From Callorhinchus milii (taxonomy: Eukaryota): a stretch of 64,000 nt of DNA. This document shows, piece by piece, positions 24,743 to 37,160 of the stretch; position 1 is the stretch's first letter, and the number at the start of each line of letters is the position of its first letter. The stretch lies in NCBI RefSeq assembly GCF_018977255.1, contig NW_024704743.1, forward strand, positions 33,234,001-33,298,000, written 5' to 3'. A program made the translations under genes and the position numbers. The notes beneath the pieces were generated by a model that was given only the letters and a program-made list of their open reading frames with translations, did no database searches and was not told the DNA's origin.

Positions 24743-26759
24743 CACATCGTCTGACATTTCACCAAGTGTTGAAAAAGTCAGATTGGTTAGAGAGATATAA
24801 CAGATTGCAAAGTGTAAACCTCGGAAAAATTCTTGGAACCTGCAGATGACATTTCTTGGAAATTCACCTCGAACAACTGAGAGTACCTTGGAGCCTACTT
24901 CAAACAATGCCCCTGAAAGTAAGAATGCTCTTGTTTTTATAAACAATCAACATGAGATGACGTGCCCTAAGCCTGTCTATATACTACATATTTAGCTGTG
25001 GTTCAATATCAAGTGTCTGGCATAACGTACACAGTCACTCCCCTTTACAGTAAAACCCTGTGAAGTATTTTGAGATGTTCTACAAATGTGAAAGTCGCTA
25101 AATCAAATATAAGGATTTTTATTATAAAAGGGAAGCTTACACAACATGACCTGAAGTGAAGCCAGACTCCTGATCAACATGTAGCTTCTCCATAGTCTGT
25201 TTAAAGTTCTCAGAATGTCTACTGGAGACTGATTGGACTTGTTTTTAAAATGATTAAAGCACCAATATACACGAGCATTAATGCGAAGTGCATTATTTCA
25301 GGTCAATTCACTCTGTGAATTATATCATGCACGCACATTGCCACGTTACCTGGAAGAAAGCACTCTTGCTGCAGAGCATAAACAAGATTAATGAAGTTAA
25401 AGTGGAGCTGGGTGCTGGATTCATGGCAGTGTTAGTGTAATTCTGAAGCTGTTTTTTGTAATGTAACACCAATGTCATGTTTATATTTGCAGTGTGCTTC
25501 AGAGCTGATTCAAACAGAAGTGACTACAGCACCTGAAACTTACAGTGCTGTACACTTGACTCATTTACACTTCAGAGCTGACTCTTGCATATTCAGTCAT
25601 GGCAACAGGCCTGCAGGCAAGCATGAAACAGATGCTTTGCAGGAACTCAAGTGCTTCTGCAGCAACTCCCAACGTTGTATAATAACTTAGCACAGAGTCA
25701 AGATTGGTGCTGCACATTGCTTCAGTATCTCAGTTTGAGCATGATATGAAAATATGCTGGCTTAATACTGTTCCTGTCCATAAATGTAGCAAATACATTG
25801 ATGTGGTTTGGTCACTGTTTTGTAGAAGGCTTATGTCACTTTGCACTTAGAATTGTAGCATTGCAATGAAGAATTCTATTCAGAATTGAGTTAGTTTTCA
25901 TATACTTTTATTAGAATTTTAAATTCCAAACTGTTGCACACCGTATATCCACAGTTGTTTGGAAATCGTGACAATTTTAATTTTCAGATGGCTTGGATCT
26001 TCCCCTATCCTTGGGTAAGGAAGGGATGTGAAATCTACCTCAGTGATGGCAGCTGGAGGTAGACTTTTTATGGCTGCTTCAGTTACCTTACATCCTTACC
26101 AGCGGAGATAGAGCTGTCATTGGCAGAATTGGCTGTGATGGTCCTTAGTTAAATAGCCTGCTCTCACAGGAAAAAATAGGAACAGGAGTAGGCCATTCAG
26201 CTCCTCGAACCATTCTATTAGATCATGGCTGATCTATACCTCAACTCCAATTATTATTATGATGATTAATGTGAGTCCACATGTGAAGAAAGACCACTTG
26301 GGAAATGGTGCAGATCAGTACCCCTTGAAAAGTCCGCTAGCAAGAGTTGACCACGTTAGGAAAATTGAAGGGGAGTGGGGCGACCGGACAGTGTTGCAGA
26401 TTTATCATTTAATAATAATTTTAATAATAACCTATAAACTGGCTGATCTGGTCAAGCAACTGATCAGGTCAACCGCAATTTAAATTTTCTGCTTACAAAC
26501 TATTCACTGGCTCCACTGGTCTCATCTGATCTGCTTCACCATGATTTACAGCTTGTGTTTGGCAATATTTTTAAATATATTGCTGCAGTGGAAAAGCAGC
26601 AAAAGGACGTGAGTGTATGAAATGAATGAAGTTGCACAACACCAACCGCAGACTGATGAAATCCTTCATCGCTTGATATTTTACACCAGTCACCTTCCCC
26701 ACTGAAATATTATAAAAATAATGATGCGCTGCACTTATTTCCTAAAAATAAAATACTTA

Positions 26760-27076
26760 GGCAGGGCGAAACGTTAGGCAAGTTTCCTTACTCCATGCTC
26801 CTCTGTTTACCTAGCAGTATGTAGGAACCCGGTTGTTAGTCGATTGGCAGATCACTTTCCGGGGGGTAATAATCCCTTCAAAAAATAATATTAATAATAA
26901 TAATTTGGTCACCCAATCCATGACTGTTTGTGGGACACTGCTGTAAGCAATTGGCTGTTACGTATCGTCCGCAAAATATACAGTCAATTCACTTTACAGT
27001 ATATTCTGTTATGCGTTTTTGAGAAGGTTCTCGAAGACGTGAAAAGGCGGAATATCAAATGCAAGGATTATTATTA
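26760..27076 (+). mobile_element. tRNA-derived SINE lacking most of the head
   Basis: ggcagggcgaaacgttaggcaagtttccttactcca...gaacccggttgttagtcgattggc...caaatgcaaggattatt. Confidence 0.87.
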
Positions 27077-27204
27077 ATATAATTATAAATGCCCCAAAGC
27101 ACTTTACAAACCAGATTTGATAGGAAATTAAGTCAAGCACTCCGGGACGCTACCTGTGAAGGGTGTATTGAAATGAAAGTTGTTGTTACAAATAAATGTT
27201 TTGA

Positions 27205-27502
27205 CTGTCCTTCGGATGAGACATTTAAACCCAGGTCCCGCCTGCCTGTTCAGGTGGCGTTAAAGATCCCATGGCACTATTTGAAAAGTGAAGGGAGTTA
27301 CACTTGGTGTCCTGGCCAACAATCCCCCAAATAAAATTATTAATTCACTGGCTGTTTCTGGCTTATTGGTGTGTACATATTGGCCTCCGTGTTTGACTAC
27401 AAAATACACAGTCACTACACTTTACAGTAAAATCCTATAAAGCTCTTTGAGACGTCTTTCGAAGTGAAGTGCACTATATCAAATACAAAGATTATTATTA
27501 TT
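27205..27502 (+). mobile_element. Deu-domain SINE, core plus tail
   Basis: tgtccttcggatgagacatttaaaccc...gttcaggtggcgttaaagatcccatggcactatttg. Confidence 0.78.
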
Positions 27503-28294
27503 GTCAAATAAATGCTATGCCAATTGATGCCAGCAACGTCCCCTAAACAGTAACATTAGGAGCCAATTATTTTGAATTTGGGTGTCAATTTGGATTAAGC
27601 TAGGAATATAAAATAGGACAACAGGGAAAAAGACCCCATATAATCTTTCAAACAGCATATCTATCCCTTTTCTTCCATAAAATATATGGTATAGTTGTTG
27701 TATAGGCAAATGCAACAGTCAATGAATGCACTTGAAACTAAAGAGGAAAAGAAACGAGAATATGGGAAGAAAGAGAGAAAAGAAATTGGGAGAAATGAAA
27801 CAGTTTCAAGGTCATGGTACAAGGGTGGAGATGTTTTTAGTTGAAGTAAGAGTTGACCACTAATTCCGTTCCCATGGTTTTTCGCAAACATTTCCGAGTA
27901 GAAAAAGAGGAACTAAAATTTATTGCTGTGTTGCTGCTTGAAAGCTAATGAATGTAGCTCTCCACTGATACATCTGAGCATCCAATATTCATTAGCAGCA
28001 CTGGCCTAGAGGTGATGGAATCGAGTGATGTAGAATCTGGATCTTAATCCTTGAGTTTTTCTCCAAACATTTTAAGGGCAAAATATTTTTGCTTCCCTTT
28101 AGTTTTGTTCGTTAATTGACCTGGTACTGTCCCTGGTTTTCAGTGGGGAGCGACGAGCAACAACCTTTTCCTGATTGCTGCAGTCGATCTGAACTTGGTT
28201 GCCAAAAATGAGCAGCAACATCATAGATACGTCTGCCTCCAACTGTTCCCTTGTGATGGGCACCGGCTCTGCTATCTGATCCAAACAGCTTTCT

Positions 28295-28682
28295 GTGGAG
28301 TCTTGTAGCTCAGTGGTTAGAGCACTCGCCTCACAAGCGAGAGAACCTGGGTTTGATTCCTGGCAGGGGGAAACATTGGGCAAGTTTCCTTACTCCACAC
28401 GCCTCTGTTTACCTAGCAGTAAATAGGAACCCGGTTGTTAGTCGATTGGCGGATTGCTTTTCCAAGGATAATAATCCCTTCAAAAAATAATAAAAAATAA
28501 ATGCTAATAGATAATTCGGTCATTCAATCTACGACTATTTGTGGGACACGGCTGTGGGCAATTGGTTGCCGCTTTTTAACCAGAAAAACATACAGTCAAT
28601 TCACTTTACAGTATATTCTGTGAAGCACTTTGAGACGTCTAGAAGACATGATAAGGGCTATATCAAATGCAAGGATTATTAT
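28295..28682 (+). mobile_element. tRNA-derived SINE, full-length reference copy (~390 bp)
   Basis: A box (tagctcagtgg) and B box (ggtttgattcc), family-specific body, shared 3' segment, L2-like hairpin and tta tail. Confidence 0.92.
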
Positions 28683-28796
28683 ATATTCTTCAATTGGAAG
28701 CTCAAAGAGTGAGTCCAGGGAAGCAAATTGACTGATCACAGCTGAGCCTCATCCTGTCTTCATCTAACGTCTGCAGACGTTATACCTTGGATAATA

Positions 28797-28913
28797 CAGG
28801 GTGACCAAAAAGTTGTGATACCATTACAATGTCTAATATGTCTTAAAGAAATTATGATATTTTTGTTTCTTTTTAGATAATAGGGTAGATATCATGACTT
28901 TTTGGTCACCCTG
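28797..28913. mobile_element. Tc1/mariner-type MITE, 117 bp
   Basis: 24-bp terminal inverted repeats (cagggtgaccaaaaagttgtgata / tatcatgactttttggtcaccctg, 2 mismatches) flanked on both sides by TA. Confidence 0.85.
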
Positions 28914-29044
28914 TACAATCACAATGATGTTGAGGAACAGCGCGATCTCCAGGTGGTGCAGCTCACAGATTCATTAAAGGTCAGAATGCAGCTAGAAAAG
29001 ACCATTAAAAAGGCTAAATGAGTTTAGGTTTTGACAACCCAGAT

Positions 29045-29200
29045 AATAATAATAATTATAAACCTTGCATTTGATATAACACCTTATCACGTCATTGAGA
29101 TATTGCAAGGCCCTTCACAGAATGTACTGTAAAGTGAATTGACTGTGTATTTTATGGGTGAAAGGCGGCAGCCAATTGCACAAACAGTCGTGGATTGAGG
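29045..29200 (-). mobile_element. tRNA-derived SINE, 3' part
   Basis: Reverse complement of the shared SINE 3' segment. Confidence 0.8.
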
Positions 29201-29335
29201 ATGCACGAGGCAGTGCAAAGGAGGCTTCGGCAGCCTTGGCAACAATAACAATAACTCAGAGTAAAGCAGACCAATTGCTTCAGTCTCGCAGAAATGAAAC
29301 TAAATCCAAAGAGTGTGTATTTTCATACCATGTGA

Positions 29336-29555
29336 GGCCCAAATTTCCACTTTCCCTTTATATTTAGAAAATAGCACAGCATTGTGTAACTTTCTTAAAT
29401 TCAGGCTTGATTTGGAAGACGATACCATTTTTAAAAACTGCAGAAAATTGTTTTACAAATTGAGACACAATTTAAGAAATTCCCATAATTATGCTCGATC
29501 TGCTATTTTAAGGCAAAATTGTCTTTCGTGTTCAGGCTAAGTGGAATTTGAAGTC
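29336..29555. repeat. Old palindromic AT-rich (MITE-like) element, copy 1
   Basis: Internal inverted arms (tttcttaaattcaggcttgatttgg / caaattgagacacaatttaagaaa). Related to 54440-54655 and 18350-18463. Confidence 0.55.
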
Positions 29556-30124
29556 ACAAGAGCCAATGTTCGAGGCAAACACCATGTGAAGGGCGCTATA
29601 TAAGTGTAAGGTGTTGTTGTGAACAGATCATGTAAGACATGCTGTTGGTATTGTCAGGAGAGGTCAGGTGTGGTGTTTGAGGGCAGGGAAGGCTCGGGCT
29701 GAGGATTACCATCGAGTGCTGGGTACTGGGGAATCCTCGTCCTTCTGCAGGAAGCCATAGAATATAGGAACGTAAGAATTGCTGGACGAATGAAGACCCA
29801 GGTCCATCTAGTTTGCCTTCCCTAGTCCAAGCTGTCGCATGCACGTATCATGTCCCAAACTATCTACTGTATCATCTTGGGATGCCCAGGAGGAATTGCT
29901 GATCTTTTTCTCCTTTGTTTGGATACGAGAGAAGGAAGTCACGATTGCTTTTTGAGTGATGTTCCTGTCTCCTTTTCCTGTAGGTGCTGTAGGTATCTCT
30001 GTATCTTCTGAGGCATTTTGCAACAGGGGTGGCAGAAAGAGAGAGAGAGAGGGAAAGACAGAAAGAGAGACACAGGGCGGGAAAGAGAAGAGATTACTTT
30101 AGTCATTAAATATACACTTACACA

Positions 30125-30415
30125 TTGCAAAATCCAACAGCCATGAAGTAAATGACCAATTAATCAATTTATTTGGAGCATTTTTGGCAACAATACCAGG
30201 AGAACCTGCCTTCTCTCTTTATATAGTGTTGTGACCTTTAATGTCCATCTGAAGAGCAGACAGATGACCTCTAGGTTTAATCAAACATGTTGCCTCCGAC
30301 AATGCAGCACTCCCCCAGAACTACACTGAGATGTTAGAATAGACTATGAGTTCAAGTCCTGATTAGAGCTTGAATCAACATACTTCTGACCCGGAGACGA
30401 ACATGCTACTAATTG
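30125..30415 (-). mobile_element. Deu-domain SINE, degraded
   Basis: ataccaggagaacctgccttctctc...tttaatgtccatctgaagagcagacag...gacaatgcagcactcccc. Confidence 0.7.
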
Positions 30416-31117
30416 ACTCCAAACTTGAACTGGATAACAGTAGAGATGTGGAATCCTAGCTGATTTGTTTTCTTTTTCTGTCCCCTCCCCCAACTCAATG
30501 AAATTGAAGATCAATGATGTTTACATTGGCTGCCGCGTTTCGCTCACAAATATACAGTCAATTCACTTTACAGTATAGTCTGTGAAGCGCTTTGAGACGT
30601 CTAGAAGACATGAAAAGCACTCTATCAAATGCAAGGATTATTATAATGATATCAATAACATATCAATAGTTGACAAAGAGGTCGTGATGGTGTTTGTCTT
30701 GTCTCTCTCTAACATAAATCAACCTTTTTTTTATAGTCGTTTTTTCTGTGAGTTGGATCAAGAGAGAAACTTCCCTCAGATATTAGAAGGTAACTGGATC
30801 ACAAATCCTCACTTTAGTCAAGATCATCCTGTATTGCTGATTCAAGTGGGACAGTCAGAGGAATATAAAGTTACCTTTGAATTCATTGAGCTAAAAAGCA
30901 TTGAAAACTAACCGGAATATATTCTCACTGCAGTTGGATGGGATGCAGCACGCTCAATGACTAATTTTTAACAACTATGATGGTGGCATCTAAACAGTGC
31001 TCTCATTGGGACCTCGCTATTTATCTACAACTCCTGTGAAAGAAATGGCATTTTTTGCAGAAAATCTCCAATATCTTATCCAGAGGAAGACTTGAACCTC
31101 GAGGTGATCACAACATC

Positions 31118-31478
31118 TATAATAATAATCCTTGCATTTGATATAGCACCTGACCATGTGGCTGAGACATCTCAAAGCGCTTCACAGAATATACTATAAA
31201 GTGAATTGATTGGTGGGTGAAACACAGCAGCCAATTGCACACAGTAGCCTTCGATTGACTAACCAAATTATTCTCATGAGTTTATTTGTTTTATTTGAAG
31301 AGCTTATTAGCCCCAGAAAGTCATACGCCATTCGACTAACAACGGGGGTTCCTACTTACTGCTAGGTAAACAGGCGTGTGGATCTAACTTGCCTAAGGTT
31401 TCGCCCTGCCCAGGAATTGAACCAGGATCCTCTCCCTTGCAAGGCGAGTACTCTAACCAATACACTACAGGGCTCCAC
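31118..31478 (-). mobile_element. tRNA-derived SINE, near full length
   Basis: Minus strand head gtggagccctgtagtgtattggttagagtactcgccttgcaag...ggttcaattcc, plus body and tail. Confidence 0.88.
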
Positions 31479-32654
31479 TGTGAGAAATACAGGGAATTCC
31501 CTGGAGGAAATCCTGTTTCAGTTGCGGGAACTTTGCCAGCGGCCACATGAGAGTGATGTGGCTAAAACACTGCTTAGATGCTAACGCACAACTTCTATGG
31601 GAATTTTAGTGAAGTTAATTAAATGATGCTAGAGAATCCTCACTTTAAGGGTCTGAAACTATCAATTTAAAATGGTTGTGTTTTTATACAGCTAGAAAGA
31701 GCAAAATTATGACTATTTGATAAGGTAGATGCACCTGGCTGAAAACGTATAAATTGAAAAAGCATTTGCAATTTCAAGGCTTTATCCAACTCTAGCAGAT
31801 ATCTAGTCTGGATTTGACATCCTTTTTTCCACAGTCAGTCAAGCATAGAAATAGACACCTTTGTCCAAGCTGGTAATGTGTCAGCATAGACAGACCTGAC
31901 CTTTAACTCGGTCAGAGAGAAGATTGTTCGAGATTTTTTGAGGTGTTTTTTCAAGCTGACCGTGAATTGATATAGACCAATATTAATGTACAGTATTTAG
32001 ACAGACGTTATCTTTGAGACAGTTTTGCAATCTGTAGCATTATTTATTAACATGGACGGGTTTACATTTCCATTCCTTGTTACACCCCCACTGTCGTCAG
32101 TCTTTCATAATTCATGCCTGTCAATCATCAGATCATGTAAGGCTTTTTATATTTAGTATTCATCGTCAATGAATGCAACCGGAACTTGAACAACTCATAT
32201 ATTAATGGGTGGCAGCTGACATATAATCCTCACACCTGCAGATGCTGTTCCTTCATTCTCGATGCTAATGTGTTGCTGAGTCAGCTTATGTTATACTCTC
32301 CCCTTGTTATTTCCACTGCTGTTGCTGCCCACGTTTGAAATAAAAAAGTAAGAATAAAAAACAGACAAGGAAGCCTCAAGGCAGTAGGTTCAGCCATGTT
32401 GGAAAAACAGGCTTTGAAAGAACTGAGGATGAGAATAAAGCAGAAACGCATCCTATTGCATTCCCCAAGAGAAGTGCTCCTCACGAAGGTGCAGTGTGAG
32501 TTGAATACACAGTGCTGCTCCCTCTGCAATGTTCCTTCAGACATTCACTGGTTAGGGGCAGCACATGTGAAGTAGTGGAGAGTAAAGCTCCATCTACTAA
32601 CAAGGACACTAATAGATATAACAAACAAACAAACTTTCACTTCGGGAGGACATC

Positions 32655-32942
32655 TGTTTGCCTCTGTTTGCCTAGCAGTAAGTGGGGGCTCGGTTGTTGG
32701 TTGCTTTCCAGGAGTACTAATCCTTCCAAAAAAAAGTGGTCATTCAATCAATGATTGTTTGTGGAACATTGATGTGCCCAATTGGTTGCATACAGCAACG
32801 TCCCACAAACAATCATGGATTGAATGACCACTTTTTTTTGGGCGGGATTACAGTCAATCCATTTTACAATATATTCCGTGAAGCGCTTTGAGACGCCTCA
32901 ATGACATGATAAGGGGCTATATGAAATGCAAGGATTATTATA
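32655..32942 (+). mobile_element. tRNA-derived SINE with internal inverted duplication
   Basis: SINE body and tail. Positions 32718-32775 are repeated in inverted orientation at 32792-32850. Confidence 0.85.
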
Positions 32943-33808
32943 ATTAGCTGAAACAGTAACATTAAAGGCTGCATCTCTTTCTCAGCCCTCCACCCTCATA
33001 ATCCACTTGAAAACCACCAACTCCTCACTTCAACCCCTCCCAACCCAGCTGCTGACCACACACCAACTTGCCACTCTTTCTGTCTCTTGCTGACAGACAT
33101 AGTGAACCTGGCCTTCTCCTATGCCACTACCTGCATTTCAGTGCACAGCAATATGAACTCCTCCGACACCGGCCTACGTTTACTGCTAATGATCAGTTAT
33201 GTCACTGGACTGTACTGAGCTGTACATTTTAGGTGAAAAGGGAATGTGTGCGACAAATAAATCAACTCATAGGCAAATCCTAGAACTGTTGGAATAGCAC
33301 AGGAAAAGAAACAAGTGCATTGAATGAGAGAAATATAATTCTATTTACATGGTCTAAGAAATTTGAGATTTCATATCATAAGGAAATCTAAAGCAGAAGT
33401 TGAAGTTATCTTGATCTGGTGAGTGACAGGAGGAAATGATGTGGCGAGGGTACTTTTAGCACTATAAAACACTCAGCAAACACTCGGCCCCGTGTAGCTG
33501 CAAGTTGCTGAGTTGAGCTCAAGTGCAGATCAGTTTTTGAGATCCTCAGTGACACCAGGTAAGCAGTAGATGCCTCAGTTGGCTCATGACAGATGTTGTT
33601 TTAATTTGTTTTATATGAGACTTTATGAGTAGAATTGTTGAAAAAGAGAAAATGGATTATGAAGGGAGATATAATCCACATCTTTAGAATAATAATTTTA
33701 GGGGATTGTTAAAGATCCCTTGTCACTACTGGAATAGAGAAAGGCATATCCCCCAGTGTCCTGACTGGCAGTCCTCCAGATTAATAGGTTATTCACCTCA
33801 GATTGTTT

Positions 33809-34117
33809 ATAATAATAATAATAATAATAATCCTTGCATTTGACATAGTGCTTTTGATGTCTTCTCAACGTCTCAAAGCGCTTCACAGAATAGACTGTAA
33901 AGTGAATTGACCGTATATTTGTGGACAAACGCACAGCAGTGTCCCACAAACAGCCGTGGATTGAAAATGATCAATTTATTATTGTTTTGTTTTGGAGGGA
34001 TTATTATTAGACGTGTGGAGTAAGGAAACTTGCCCAAGGTTTTGCTCTGCCTGGAATTGAACCCAGGTGTCTCGCTTTCAAGGCGACTGCTCTAAACCAC
34101 TGAGCTACAGGACTCCA
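33809..34117 (-). mobile_element. tRNA-derived SINE, head plus tail
   Basis: Minus strand tggagtcctgtagctcagtggtttagagcagtcgcc...gggttcaattccaggcag, with (tta)n tail. Confidence 0.9.
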
Positions 34118-36634
34118 AGGGATTTTGCTGATCGTTTGTTCTACACTGTTTAAAAGAGGTCATTACAATTAATGGTAATTGTGAAGAACTTCGAGCCATT
34201 TTGAAACTTCTATTAGTTCTTATTTGCTTAAAGTAAGAGTTCACCTCCTGTGATCTGTATTTAACCCTCTGTGACCTGTATTTAACCCTTTGATATTGAG
34301 ATAGTGGATTAATATCCAGGTGGTTCAATTGTTTGAGTGTTGGACTGTGAGTTGCTAGGCTTTGGATGTGAATCCTAAAGGGTATACTTACCCTTTTGAG
34401 GTTAATTATATGAGTACCAAGTCTGAACATGTCCACCTGGAGGGGAAGTAACTAATTGACACTGGAGATTTGCCTGCCTGTAAAGCATATTTCAAGGTAC
34501 TTGGTCATACTTTGTAGTTCAGCACTGAGATGTGGAGATGTGGACATATCCTTAACCTTTCATGCCGAAGATCTGAAAGCTTTTAAGTCCACAACAAAAC
34601 ATGCTAAGAAACTTTTGGGTAGGGTTGCTGTTTGTCAGTTTTTGTCAATTCATCAACAAATGTTGATGAATAATACCGCCATCATTTTGCTTACATTTTT
34701 TCTGATTATTTTGATATTGTGTGATCTTTTCTTCTGCAAAAATGTCCGCAATAAGCAGGAAATTACATCAGAGGCGCTGCCTGCGCTTAGCATGCATGAA
34801 CAGCGTGCAGGAAATGATGTCCCAGGACCCCTTATGAACTAGAAGTTGGACATTATTGTGGTTCAGAATAATAAATACGTTTAATGATGAGAATTTATTT
34901 TCCTCCATTTGGATAGAATTAGAAAACCAGTCAAATATATTGCTTTTTACTGCTTAAAAATCAGAAATTGGCAAGAAACTATTGTTATGAAGTCTAATAT
35001 ATTACCCAGAAGTTTATTATATTGCCCTAAGCCTATTTCAATATGAGAAATGTACAGTAATTATTTCTGGTAAAACAATACTAATGGACGGGGGGGCAAA
35101 GTGAAAGTTCTTTTGCTGCCAAGCAATAGTAGGTTTGATGGATTATTGCTTCTATAGGTTTTTTTCCCATTATAATCCAGGATCATTGCAGTCTTTACGT
35201 TTTGTGGTAACATACTCACATTTAAAAAGATGCTAAAAGAAATTTATTTCCTGGACAGATGGAACCCATTGTGAATTGTGCACAAAGTAAGTTTGTGAAC
35301 CTGAACCTTTTCGGTTCGCGTAGCAATGTCAGTTATTTGAAGTTATTTCAGATGTGTTGGAAGAGTAACAATAGCATTTGCTCTGCAGTGGTTAATAATA
35401 GTTCAAGTGGGTTTGAGGGACACTGAAGTAATGATACAATCTCAGGGTTTCCTCTTGCTTATTAAGACATAACACACTCCTTCATCATATAAGCAATTCT
35501 GTAAATAGGAAACACCTTGAAGTACGTGGCTGATGCTATCAGTTGTCAGAAACTCCAGGGCTGGACTGAGCCAACCCACAACATCAAATTGCATTTATAT
35601 TGCGCCTTTCAAAAGATACCAACAGATTGCATTTATATAGTGCCTTTCAAATTAGAATTAATTTAAACTTAATTTTTTTTTTTTTAATTTAGTCATTTAT
35701 ATGACTACCTAACAAAGCACCTTCGCTATGCACTCTGTGTTCTGCATCCAGTTTTTAAGGACAGGTTCACATTTCTTTTGTAAGATAGTTATTATTATTT
35801 TTCATTCCTCTCCTCCATGTCTTCTCTTGGCACAGACTGATCGAGAGGGAGTCATTCACCCTGTTCTTAAACCTCTGTTAATACTTGCAAAATTCATCTG
35901 GGGGGAGGAGGAGGGAAGAGGTAATGGTCCACTAATTTCCCCGGCTCTATTTACTGCAGGGATGAATCTCTGAGACACTACTCTGAATGAAGGAGCTCTA
36001 TATAAATGCAAGTTGTTGGTGTCGCAAACTCCCTACTTGGGAAATCACGTATGTGTGTGGTCTCTAGTGGAGACATTACTGCACTTCCATAGTGTCTCCC
36101 TGTCATATTGATTTTTAAATGCATAAAGTGTATAGAGTGTATAAATGTTACTTACAACTCTTGTGTAAACCTCGACATTACAGAGGAACAAGTAATACAC
36201 TGAGTCCTTGCAAGCTAATCTCACAAACCAAGGGTGGGGCGGAATAAAGCGGAAGAGAGTTTTGTTTTGCAGCTGCTTGCGGTTATGTTTATCTGTCAAT
36301 GGTAAGGTCAGCTGATTCAGATCCACAGGGCACCGTGGTTGTTGGTTACTGTAGTTTAAAATCATGTTTTAACTTTTTTTTAAAAAATATATATTTTACA
36401 AATATCTGGAATTTCTCGTTGGCACAATCCCCGATACACACTCTGCTCTATGCTGAGTTAGCAGATATTGGACAGGTTAGCAAGTAGAGGTTTTGCAAAT
36501 AGCCTCAGTATCAGAGTTCAGCAAGGGAAAATGTCATGATGGCACTTTGACAACTCGAGAGTGGCTGACATCACAAGAACAAAGACTTCAGGGGAGGAGG
36601 GGACAAAATAAATAATACCACGTTAAGCCATAAG

Positions 36635-37160
36635 GAAACCAGTTTCAGCTCCTGATCTGTGCTGCATTATGGGATCTCAGCCATGCAGCAAACTAGACCA
36701 CAATTGACCTCAATGCCACTGTGTTAGGGAAGGAAAATCAGCCAAGGTGTCTTTCTCTGATCGCTATCCAGAGACCCCTTGAAAGGTGTGTTTGTATAGA
36801 TATGAGGATATCAGGAGGACAAGATGGGGTTTGGCTACAGTCCTCTTCAATTAAACGTCCTGCTGACTCTCACTGCTAAGGCTCACATGAATAGCCATCA
36901 TCTTACACTGTTTTGCCCACAAAATCTACAGTCAATTCACTTTACAGTATATTCTGTGAAGCGCTTTGAGATGTCTCAGAGATGTGATAAGGTGCTATAT
37001 CGAATGCAAGAATTATTATTATTACCTGGGCGAGGATAACCGACACAAGATCACAAGAGACTTTCCGTTGAAGAAGATGCCTGTGGAACCGAGCCTCACT
37101 AGAAGTCAGAAAACGATTTGAGCACCTGCGGTAGAGGAGAAAAGTGAAGACAAATTGGCC
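36635..37160 (+). repeat. Old unclassified interspersed repeat (SINE-like), interrupted by a SINE tail at 36912-37024
   Basis: Shares motifs (gatctcagcc, ctgatc.ct.tccag, ggctcaca..tg) with 52000-52375 and 45795-45990. Confidence 0.6.

Noticed and set aside
28295..28372. Functional tRNA genes here and at 21521, 23686, 31478, 34117 and 43031
   Set aside because: The acceptor stems do not pair and each continues into the same SINE body. They are SINE heads.
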